A stretch of 64,000 nucleotides of DNA from Azolla caroliniana (lineage: Eukaryota; Plantae; Polypodiophyta): assembly GCA_043228905.1 (NCBI GenBank), contig JBHGNT010000022.1, positions 12,719,930 to 12,783,929 of the forward strand. The letters are read 5' to 3'. Shown here piece after piece: positions 26,665 through 37,710 of this stretch (the stretch's first letter is position 1; each line of letters starts with the position of its first letter). The notes under the pieces are model-generated. The model searched no databases. It saw only the letters and a program-made list of their open reading frames with translations, and was not told the DNA's origin. Both the position numbers and the translations under genes were made by a program.

Positions 26665-27822
26665 ACGCTGATGTGGCATGATTTCATAGGATAAGAGACA
26701 GCCTCAAGCGTGGTGGGCGGGGGCGTGAATCCATCGTCTCGATCATACGGCCCATGCTGACATGGCACGATGTCATTGGTTCTCACAGACAATCTCGAGG
26801 GTGGGCGGACATCGTCTTGTTTGCTCGACAAAGCCTACACCAATGGGGAAAAGTCTGTGTAGATCACATACGTGGCTTCTTCACGCTGATGTGGCACGAT
26901 TTCATTGGTTCTCACAGACAATCTCGAGGGTGGGCGGACATCGTCTTGTCAACTCAACAAAACCTACACTAATGGGGAAAAGTCTATATAAGATCACACG
27001 CGTGGTTTCTTCATGCTGATGTGGCACAATTTCATTGGTTCTCACAGACAATCTCGAGGGTGGGCGGACATCGTCTTGTCTGCTTGACAAAACCTACACC
27101 AATGGGGGAAAGTCTGTGTAGATCACACACGTGGTTTCTTCATGTTGACGTGGCACGATTTCATTAGTTCTCACAGACAATCGCGAGGGTGGGCAGACAT
27201 CGTCTTGTCTGCTTGACAAAACCTACACCAATGGGGAAAAGTCTGTGTAGATCACACACGTGGTTTCTTCATGTTGACGTCGCACGATTTCATTAGTTCT
27301 CACAGACAATCTTGAGGGTGGGCAAACATCGTCTTATCTAGTTGACAAAACCTACGCCAATGGGGAAAAGTTTTTGTAGATCACATGTGGTTTCTTCATG
27401 CTGACATGGCACGATTTCATTGGATCACTGACAATCTCGAGGGTGGGCGGACATCATCTTGTCTACTCGAAAAAACCTACACCAATGGGGGAAAGTCTAT
27501 GTTGATTACACGTGGTTTCGTCCTGTTGACGTGGCATGATTTCATTGGATCATAGACAATCTCGATGGTGGGTAGACATCTTCTTGTTCACTCGACAAAA
27601 CCTACAGCAATGGGGAAAAGTTTGTGTTGATTGGCGTGATTTCATTGGATCATAGACAAATTTGATGGTGGGTAGACATTGTCTTGTTCCCTCAACAAAA
27701 CCTACACCAATGGGGAAAAGTTTGTGTCGATTACACGTGGTTTCTTCTTGCTAACATAGCATGATTTCATTGGATCACAGACAATCTCAAGGGTGGGCGG
27801 ACATCGTCTTGTCCGCTCGACA
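26665..27822. repeat. Tandem array of a ~125-130-bp unit (about 9 copies plus a degenerate first copy)
   Basis: Core CA(C)AGACAATCTCGAGGGTGGGCGGACATCGTCTTGT recurs at ~26784, 26913, 27043, 27172, 27301, 27426, 27551, 27651 and 27776; one unit carries a ~25-bp deletion. Confidence 0.95.
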
Positions 27823-29225
27823 TGTGAACTCAATGCATATCATTTGAGCCCTAATGTTATGGTATCATAGGCCACAAACTACATGGGGGTCGAGCACCTT
27901 ATAGTTTCATGTGGCAACCTAGGTTGTGTATCTTAATGCATCTTAATGCTTGGCTTTAAGATCGTCAACGTTGACATGGTTTGAAAATCATTGGTTCCAA
28001 ACAACATGGATGTACATCTTCTTGTTCGTCTCTACAAGCTATGTTTATGCTATGCATCCATTACATAAAATGGTTATGAAGGAATTTGTGATCATGTGTG
28101 CCAAACAGTCATTAGTTGCAAACAATGTGAGGGTGGACATCTTTTTATTTGGAGTGATGTAGTACTTCATGATTATATGGTACAAAACCACAATGTGTTG
28201 CTTGTTGGGTAACCACTAACTTTGGCTAGATTAAAACTAGTTGACGGGCCAAAAGAACTTGTTTTCATCTTTACGTAGACAAGATCATTGTCACAAACAA
28301 TAGGGCATGCAACTCCTTGGTCTATTATACATAATCTAATTTATATGGTCCATTTTGAAGTTCATCCATGTCACACAAACGCATCAATCTGGGGCATACA
28401 AGTTTTTGTTGGAATCTATTAACGCAAATTCGGTTAAGATAGAGCGAATGGTTAAATCCCACATTGATGTGGCAAAAAATCATTTATTGTGATGATATGG
28501 TATACCGAGCTTCTTGTTTGGCACCCATTAACTCATATGGAAATAGCCCTCGTGCTTCAAATGTGGAAATAGCTAAATTAATTATGTGGTGTAAATTTCA
28601 TTTATAGGATGTTTGGCCCTAGTTATAGTGATTAGTAGACATGGGAATAATTTTGAATTAACACAAGCAAGAGAAGCAACCTTTGTGAAGTGCCCACATT
28701 CCCTAATTTTTTCCAAAGAAATAAATCATCTTGATGCATCCATTAGCTCATATTCATAGTATCACCTGTTTTCGTTTCAAATGAATCCATTATTTGTACA
28801 CATTCATATTCTATTTTTAGGGTAAATTTTATTTTTCACTACTTTCCTCCAATTATTTTTTAGCATTTGTCAATATCAATTCATTGATACTTTGGAATTT
28901 AGAACTTCTGGATGTCATGTAAGTTGTAAGTTGTAACCATGTTGTCTTCAATCAACATAGGCCTAAACTAGTTTACATTCTTTGTGGATACCATTTTTAT
29001 GACTTTGTCTAGGTCTTCATGCCCTTCCACTCAACAATTGTTTTGATTTTCTTGTGCACATCTCATTGATATACTTTGTACAAACTTAAGTATGTGCCGT
29101 TATATGGAAGCACGTTTTACCAAACAAATAAATGTTGTCCCTTGATAGATAAATGCTCAACTTGAATAAGTCAATTATTGGTTGGGATATATTTCACATG
29201 TTTGTGTGAGCCCTTTGCGGTTTTG

Positions 29226-31575
29226 AAAACAATGATTTTTAAAAATTCAACAATATTTCGGTCTTTAGGAAACGTGTTTATCTTAACAAAGAGATGCATG
29301 CAATTTGTTAGTTTCTAAATCACTCTATTCACAAACCCATGGTTGAAAACAACCTTCTTCGAGCAATTTATTTATTTATTTATCCAAAAAAAACCTACTT
29401 CCATTAGTTATAAAATTTTACAAATGAGAGTATTATATACAAATCAATGTAGGGACGCGATAGTTCCATCTTATGTGGATGCTCACTGCCTCGAGAAAAC
29501 GAGAGGTTGACCATTGTTGGATGAAGGCCATTCGTTGTCTTTCAACTCCATTGGAGCTGCCCTTGAGGCCATCGTATTGGCTCTTTAGAGTGACTACAAC
29601 GTCACTCCGTATCTCTTGCATTAACATTATTGGATGCGCGGTTTGGTTGGAGAAGACCCGTCTACATTGATGTTTCCATAGAATCCAAAGAGTTATTGGG
29701 TTGACAAATTCCAACACAACTTGAGATTTGGCATTAATAGGAGTTGAGTGGATATTGTCAATGGTGGGGAAAAAAACTTCTTGTGCTTTTATTACCAAAG
29801 TCATCTCCTCCTCTTGATGCCCATACCTGTCAACTAGGGCATGCCATGATAACCAACAAACATTTCCCCACTTGATTGTGGCTTGCACATGGCATAATTG
29901 CAATAGGCGACCAACCCCCACCATATTCTATGGGACTCTGGCAATCCCACAGAGCGTGTTGAATTGATTCTTTTGCATTTGGGCACGGGACACAATTAGG
30001 AGAGCTAAGGTTCTTACGATGCCATGCTCCAACCGGTAATGACTTATGTATTAATAGCCCTTGGAATGTGGTAAATCGCCTAATGTGTTATTGTTTCCAG
30101 ATTTTTTGCCCAAACTTGGTGATAATCGTATGATGAACATGAGATGTGTGCTAGAACTTTCAGCAGCCAACTCTCGGGACGTTTGAGCGGCTAGAGTGTG
30201 GCGACCCAATCTAGTCATGAAATTGGAAGAAAGGAATGGTTTTGCTTCCTTGACCCACATAAGTATCATGCCATGTCGATTGCAAAAGGTCCCAATTGAC
30301 CTTACATAGCCATGTGTTTTCATGAATACATATGTGCCATTCTGATTGTACTTTGATTGGGTCAGGATCTACAATCCATTTATGACAAGTATATGCGAGT
30401 ACTCAAATTGCCATATTCAATATTGGTGTCTCATTGTCTCACAATTCATGGCCTTCAATCCTATATATTGTTTCCCTACTTCTTGGGATCAAAGAGCCCT
30501 CCTCGTAGTTTATCCACTTCTCCATTGTCGTCATTTGATTAGCAACTTCCCTAAGCAATATATTGTTATTAATTTCAGATCTCATAGGTCATCCACCCTT
30601 GATTCCATGAAGTATGTTGGCTTAATCTTGTATTGGCAATGACATAAACCGTCTCCAACATTCTATACTCTTTTCCTAGACCTTCTGCAATGCATCCCCC
30701 TGACAACCCCTTACTTGATCCAATTAATTGACCAGATTCATCTATGATACATGGGTTCCACAGGATGCGTTGATTGAGCCAAGCAGGTTCGGAAGTAGGT
30801 TGATCACACTTGAGCCCACGTCTTATGTAACACCACGCCTTCCACATGGATGCACTAAATCTATCCGCCAATTGGTGTGAGAAACATGGTTTGAGATCCA
30901 TGTTTAGAATCCATCCTGTTTGGGGGGCCCAATTGGGCCCTTTTCGTGGCCTAAAGTAAGCAAAACGTAACCGCAATAGCATTTTCCAAGAGTCATCCCT
31001 TGGTTGAAGTCCTCGCACCACAAATTTGGTGAGTAGGGCTTTGGATTGTGAGAGGGGATCAATCAAACCCAACCCTCCTCTCGACTTAGGCCACGCCACC
31101 TTGGCCCGCGTTGCATAATCTTCCTTACTAGACCAGATGTAGTTGCGTATCAATCGTTGAATCTTATGTATACTTTCCTTGGAGATTGCCCAACATGATA
31201 GGTTGTACCATGATGTTGCAAGCATTACCTAGTTTGTCACTATGATGTGACCTGCTATCGAGAGTTTTTTCGAGCTCCAATGTATCAACTTTTGTTGAAT
31301 GGAGTGAATAACTAGTGCAATCAATCATCGTATCCGGGGGAATGTTTAATCCAATTTGGAAACCCAAATATTTGGTGCTCACTCCCTAATTGATCCACTT
31401 GAAAGTAGGATGTGGGACCTGGTGCTATGCAGTATGTGTTTCATGACATAAAGTTTCTTCTTAAAACAATGATTTTTAAAAATTCAACAATATTTCCCTG
31501 TTTAGCAGGGGTGTTTATCTTAACAAAGAGGTGCATGCAGTTTGTTAGTTTCTAAATCACTATTCACAAACCCAT
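29226..31575 (+). repeat. Pair of ~115-bp direct repeats (29226-29340 and 31463-31575) bracketing the L1 relic
   Basis: AAAACAATGATTTTTAAAAATTCAACAATATTTC...GTGTTTATCTTAACAAAGAG.TGCATGCA.TTTGTTAGTTTCTAAATCAC..TATTCACAAACCCAT is present twice. Confidence 0.9.
29365..31420 (-). mobile_element. 5'-truncated L1-clade LINE relic (RT C-terminus to zf-RVT)
   Basis: KYLGFQIG, AKVAWPKSRGGLGLID, zf-RVT remnant near 29940-30040, LWILWKHQCRRVF; (TAAA)n tail at ~29365-29385; 3' end resembles that of the 7115-11360 element (CCAAAA..CTACTT.CCATTAGTTA..TTACAAA). Confidence 0.9.
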
Positions 31576-32042
31576 TGCCAAATACATTCTTATTATATGA
31601 GAGAATATAGTTTTGGATTCTCCTCACCGGTTGTTAACATAGGATAGACATAGGTTCACCTTAGCTAAAGTAGCAAATAAAGAAATACTATGGAGTCGAA
31701 AATCCATCAAACCAAAGTAATTCTCAAAAGGATGATAATTGTAATTTAGACAAACATATTATAAAAGAGGTATTAAATCATACTTATTAGCTTTTAGCTC
31801 TTTCTTTATTATTCTCTTTAGTATTTTCTTGAGCTCTCAATCTCTTAATCTTCCACTAAGTGTAACCAATCTTATACCCATAAATTTATTGTATGACAAG
31901 CTTCTAACTTGTCGAGGAATAGAGCATTGATTGTTGTCAATGACCTTATGTGAAGGAAACAATTAATGCATCTCATTTACAATGTGGCATCATCATCGCT
32001 ACCCAAAAGTGAACATTCTTGAGAGTAAATACTCATACCCCC

Positions 32043-32307
32043 ATGGATACATAGAACTTAGAACCAAATTGAAATTAAATGGAAAGTGCTTGGTTGAGAG
32101 CTCAATTTAGGCAACATAAGGGGTCATGAACATGAAGTCGTTGTGGTAGCTTCAACAACTTCTGACAACTAAGAATGGATGCATAGAACTTAGAATCAAA
32201 TTGAAATAAATGGGAAGTCTGTGGTTGAGAACTCAAATTATGTGGCACAAGGGGTCATGAACGTGAAGTTGACGTGGTAGTAATTCAACAACTTCTCTTA
32301 ACTAAAG
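32043..32307. repeat. Two-copy tandem duplication, ~132-bp unit
   Basis: ATGGAT.CATAGAACTTAGAA.CAAATTGAAAT...GGTTGAGA.CTCAA...AAGGGGTCATGAAC.TGAAGT...TGGTAG..TTCAACAACTTCT is repeated. Confidence 0.85.
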
Positions 32308-35140
32308 TCTCATTATTGATTGTTATGAGATGTTTGTGAGATCGTTAAATGTACCAGTGAAACACAAAAACTAACACATGTCCTACAAAGCCCCTAGAAC
32401 TCACAAAAGAAGTATAGGGTCTAAGAATCTTAATTAATGTTAAGCATAATTAAGGAAAAAAATAAGGAAGAAAGGGTGCTAGTCCACTTGACGGATTTGT
32501 GTTCCATGTCCCATATGGCTAAGTACATACATGGGTTGTAACTTGGGTTTGAAGAAAAAGGCACAAGTGTATGAAGTTGGAGCATTACCACACTATGATA
32601 ATCTCTATTGAAAATAATAAAGATGACCCCCTTCATGAAGGTAGCTAGCCTTCTTATATAGGCTCAACCTTAACACTTTGTTAGTTGTGCACTTGGTTGC
32701 TTTTTTATAAGTGGCCAACTGATGAAATACTCTAAAGTTATCTCCCATCATAGGATTGATATGACTCAATCCTCACATTCGTTCCTTATGAATTAGCCCA
32801 TACCTAACCTTGAGATTAGAGAATTAAGGTTATGGTTATGCTCTTAACAAAGGCCTTGAAAGATACAATCAAAAGTAAAGTTGAGGGTGGTGAATGGCAT
32901 GATCCAACTATAGAGGATGGCATTGGATTGCCCATTCACAATACATGGAGTAAAGTATTCTTTGTCATTCATAGTGATTAGGCCATCAAACAAGGCGGTT
33001 TATAATTGTCTCTTAGGATGTTTGTCCCTTTAGTCTAGTCGCTTGGTCATAAAGCTTGTAATGATGCAATATACGTGTGAAAAGACACGAAAACTTATCA
33101 AGCCAAAATATACACTCAAAAAGTTCACTAGGTGTTAGAGTCTAACTAATTAATTAAGGAAAACATAAGGAATTATAGATCAACGAAAGTAAAGAGGGGT
33201 CTCAAACCACCTGACCACCCCCTAACAACGATGTTAGATGAACCTGAACCTCCTCAATGTCCCATACCATCGACGGTTTATGTGAGTTGTACCTTGGGTT
33301 CTTATATAGGCAGAAACCATAAGGCCTGGTCCGGTGTGTTCACACATGACTACTTTATATGAAGTGGTCAGGTGATAACATGCTTAATAGGGATATCTCA
33401 CACTATAGAATTGAATACTACAATTCATACCCTCATTCATTTTAGAATTATCATGCACATACTTGTCATAACATTAGGGAAAACTATGGAACCCCTACTT
33501 ATGATCAATTATGATTATGCATGTACCACTAGGAGGAGGGCAAACCACTTATGGATTATTGATCTATGACCATTGAGTTTGAAATAGGACTTGTAATGGT
33601 TGAGGTAAACAAACCATGATACAATTTCAGTTTCATTTAAGGAGGAGTCAACAAGCTAGTAATGAGGTTGTTATTTTGATACACCAATGTGGAGGCAATT
33701 TTAGAGGATTGACCAGTACATGATGTAGCAAATATGTGTGAAAGTAAGGATTCAAACTCATGCATGGCCTTTTGTGATAACCTAATAGTTTACACTAGTT
33801 TTACGAGGAGAAAACAAATTACTATAAAGTAGATTTGAGGCCATGAAGATTACTTTACCATATTTATGAAATGAGGTAGTGTCAAATGCCCGATGGTGTG
33901 TGGCATTCCTACTATATTAGCCTAATGACTAGTTTTCGTCAAACTTTGCCTCAAACTTACACTCAACCAATGTGAACCTTGCAACTGAACCACATGTGTG
34001 AAGTTCTGTAAAGAAAATGTTAGTTGGTAAAAACAAATTGTGTAGTTGAAGACCAAGATCGAAGGAAGCTTCAATGAGTTGGATTTTTTGTTGAAGGACA
34101 CAAACGTCCTTGTTGGACACCCACACATAGAGGTGGTTCTCTTGTTAAGATCCAACACACAAGTTATCTAGGAGTCGTCCTCGTCTAACTGAACATGAGA
34201 TAACTTAAGCTCTTTTGTGGGAAAATCCTCTTGTAGTTCCATTGAGAAGCTCCTATTGTGCTTTAAAGTCTTGGTGTCAAGTTGGGATTGTGTTGAGCAA
34301 CCATCACATCAAACCATGATGTGAAGAACAATTATGTGTAGCCAACAACCATTGTGAAAGGCTACCATCACGTGTTGCCATAATGTGCAAGCATCATGGG
34401 GGGTAACATCATTTGTAGTCGCCATTGGGGGAGCTATCATCAGGCACTACCATCACGGTGAGTAGTTGCATGTGTGGAGCTATTGCACATAATGTTGTGC
34501 CCATGCATATGAATTTGTTGTCTATGGTGAACCTCGATGTGGACAATCCTATTTGTGTCAACTCAAATTCCCTAACTTCCTTGGCCCCTATTCCTAAAGT
34601 TCATTCCTAAAGCTTAACGTTCAATCTTCCCCTTTCCTTACATATAAACACATACCCTACTACACATAAACATATACACTTTAGAATATTGTTACACACA
34701 AATAATTGTATACATACACCCATACTTACACATACAATTACACCCACATGCATTCATCAACACACACACACACACTTCTACGAACATTTAGCAAAATCAT
34801 CCGTACGCAAATATACATATCACTAAACAAATCCACAATCACACAGAAGCGATGGCAGGAGCGCGAGCAACAACAAAGCGTGGAGTGGGAGCAGCAGAAC
34901 AGGGCGCGCAGACAGGGCGAGTAGGAGTAGGCGCAGGTGCACGATGAAGAACGCGCGCGTTGTCCACCAAAGCAGGAGCAGGAGCACAACACCAGCTGCT
35001 GTCTAGGTACTCCCACACCCACAATCCTCCCTCCCTCCCCCAACCAGAAAACGCACATTAATTAATTAATTAAAAAACACACAAAACAAAGGGGGAAGGG
35101 AAGACCAACATAGATAGCCTCGCAAGACACATAACTCGCT

Positions 35141-36225
35141 ATGGAGGGAGGAATCGAGCTTCCACCAACGACCATTTTGCTCGATGAAGAAGGTGGATCA
35201 GATCTCGACATTACGTTGTCCCCTGAGACCAACCGTTTCTTATCGGAGGAAATCGAATGTTTACGGCGTACCTCCTTCATATGTAGGTTTCTGGCAGGTA
35301 GACCAAGTCGGGGAATGGTTCGGGACATGTTCCAGGTGGCTGTGATGGAGAACATGCCGGTGATCAAGAGTGTCAGGGGTTTAGGGAAAAACTTCTTCCA
35401 CATCTAATTGGGTAATGGCTCGCTAGCGCAACCACTGGTCGAGCTCAAGGTACTCGAACTGAAGTACGACAAGGTGTTGCTCCGGCCATGGTCACCAAGG
35501 TTCAATCCGATTGAAGAGTTACGGAAACTCAACAACCCTAGGGTGATCATCGCAACATTTCTCGGCCTCCCTCCTCATTTGTGCCATTTGCTCCCTCTTT
35601 TTGGCGAACAAATAGGGATGATATGTCCTCAAAAAGTGTCAATGGCAGACACAGTTGCGGAGGTGCCCAAGTTGCGCATCTTGGTGCCTTCCCTCCATGG
35701 ACTTCCATCAAGGATTAGACTCTACTCTGAGGAGCTAGGTCTCACAGTGGTGAAAGTGGTTTACGAGGGACTCCCGGGACAGTGTTTCATTTGCAAACAG
35801 ACAGGACACCTAGCTAAGGCGTGTCCTCGCAAGACTGGAAAGGGAAGCTCGGGACCTCGACCCTCGGGCAAAGTCGGGCCAACCAAGGGTGACGAGGCTC
35901 CTTGGATACCCGTTAAGAAGAAGGGGAAAATTGGAGGCCTAGGTGCATCCTCTTCCACCCTTTTTCTTGACCACCCCTTTGAAAGTAGTCCCTCTACCTT
36001 GTCACCAGCAAGCGCGGACAAGCAACCCTTGAAACGGGTAAAGATCCTCTCTGGGAGTGTTGATGCACCCGACCTACAGGTGAGAGCTACCAACAGATTT
36101 ACACCTCTTCAAGGGTTAGGGGATGGCGACCCAGAAGCGTTGGCAGCAATGTTGTCCCCATGCGACTCCTCATGCCTTCCCCCACGAGAGCCTGAACTTG
36201 TGTTCTCTACCCCGATGGAGATGCA
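35141..36225 (+). mobile_element. L1-type LINE ORF1 relic (DUF4283-like domain plus CCHC zinc knuckle)
   Basis: ORFs 35141-35407 and 35408-onward share one frame separated by a single TAA. Motifs ICRFLAGRPS, LGKNFFHI, LRPWSPRFNP, YEGLPGQCFICKQTGHLAKAC, NRFTPL. Confidence 0.85.
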
Positions 36226-37710
36226 ACCCCACCTCGTACCCCACCTAACCGCACCCCAAGTGACCACACAATTAGCATGTATCCATATCAACAACCTTAA
36301 TACTCTATGCCATATTTGCATAATTTTAGGAGAAGACCACAATACATGCTTAATTGATTCTACCATACATCCACAACCAAAACCACATGACTTACTATCT
36401 AATTGCCGCAACCAAGCCCAAACTGGTAGTGCATAATGGATCAATAACCAACGAAAAAGGACAATCTTCCTAGGAATCTGCATACTCCATAACCATTTCC
36501 AATATTTAGATGCATCCATTAAAGAGGCTCCATTCGCCAACCACACTTTCATAGCGGATGGCGGATGAAATTTCCTACTTAAGAGCAACTTTTGTCCCAA
36601 CTTCACAGAATATTGGGAAATTTGAAAAAATTTAGTACGAGACGAAGGATTTGAATGTTTCCAAAGATAATCTGATGGATCCCAATGCAAGTCCAACAAT
36701 GACTTCTTTTTTTAAAACCCATAGTTGGCAAAATAACATACTATCGTAAGGAGAAGGATCTAAAATCCATGTTTTACCCGATTTACCAATCACTCTCACC
36801 GGATATTGCAATGTCGTTTGCCAAATTGACGATTCCACATCAGTCTGCCATAATCTTCCTTCCTCAAACACATCAAAATAGTAACAATCTCCTTGAAATG
36901 TTGTTCCTTTTACTCCTATAATAACACCAACCAAAGTAAAATATCCAAACCAAACATGCTCAAAAGAAGGTGACCAATTAGAGAGAAAATTCCCTAAAGA
37001 TGATTGGATTTCATCAAACATAACTCTAAAACCTCTACACATGGTAGCATCTAGCTATGAATTATTTAGATGAAAAACATAATTTCCCCAAGAGGCTATC
37101 GTGGCAGCTATACCATTATCCAACGTAGCCCACTGTAATCGTGGTCTATTGCCAAGCAATACACCCCTTTTCATCAGAAAAAATAAAATTCCAAATCAAA
37201 GGTTGCCGCAATAGTTCTTCATTCGAAGAGGGGCATCTACGAATAATAAAAAACTTAACAACTTCCCATGCTTTATAAATACCAACCATAAAACCATCTA
37301 TCGGACCATGTATCGGTCTCATCTTAAAATTTGACAAGAATGCCCATCTTAGAGATGGTTTCCAAAACCCCGCCCCGTAGACGGTTTAATATCAAACAAT
37401 CGATTTAAAGGCAACTCTGACCATATACCTTGAGCAGGGAACATAGCCCTAACAACAAATTTTGCCAAAAGAGCCTTACATTGGTTGTCTGGGTCCACCA
37501 ACCCTAAACCACCATCAAAAAATTGCGTCGTAAGTGTCAACCAAGCTACCTTCGCACGAGCATTATTATTACTTCGTCCTAAGTTTCGAACCATTCGTTG
37601 AATCTGTAACAAACAAGATCTAGAGAACAAACATGTAGATGCAATATACCACATCGATGAAAGGAGAACTTGATTAGCTATCATTACTCCGCTTGCTAAA
37701 GACACATGTA
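36226..37710 (-). mobile_element. L1-clade ORF2 fragment (post-RT region to zf-RVT)
   Basis: ANQVLLSSMWY, ARAKVAW...GGLGLVDP, WKWLWSMQIPRKIVLFRWLLIHYALP, CGFGC..ESIKHVLW; multiple frameshifts. Confidence 0.88.

Noticed and set aside
26665-27822. CRISPR-like array
   Set aside because: Whole units are homologous, with no unique spacers and no cas genes; the context is eukaryotic.
26784-27822. Covariation in the per-unit hairpins as evidence for a structured RNA
   Set aside because: The changes are C-to-T and G-to-A transitions, explained equally well by methylation decay.
27900-28560. Cys-rich decayed transposase-like frames (also 38150-38610 and 53900-57000)
   Set aside because: No diagnostic motif recognised; would need tBLASTn or HMM searches.
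35141-37710. Twin-priming 5' inversion of a single L1
   Set aside because: The junction is convergent rather than head-to-head, and the halves differ in base composition.
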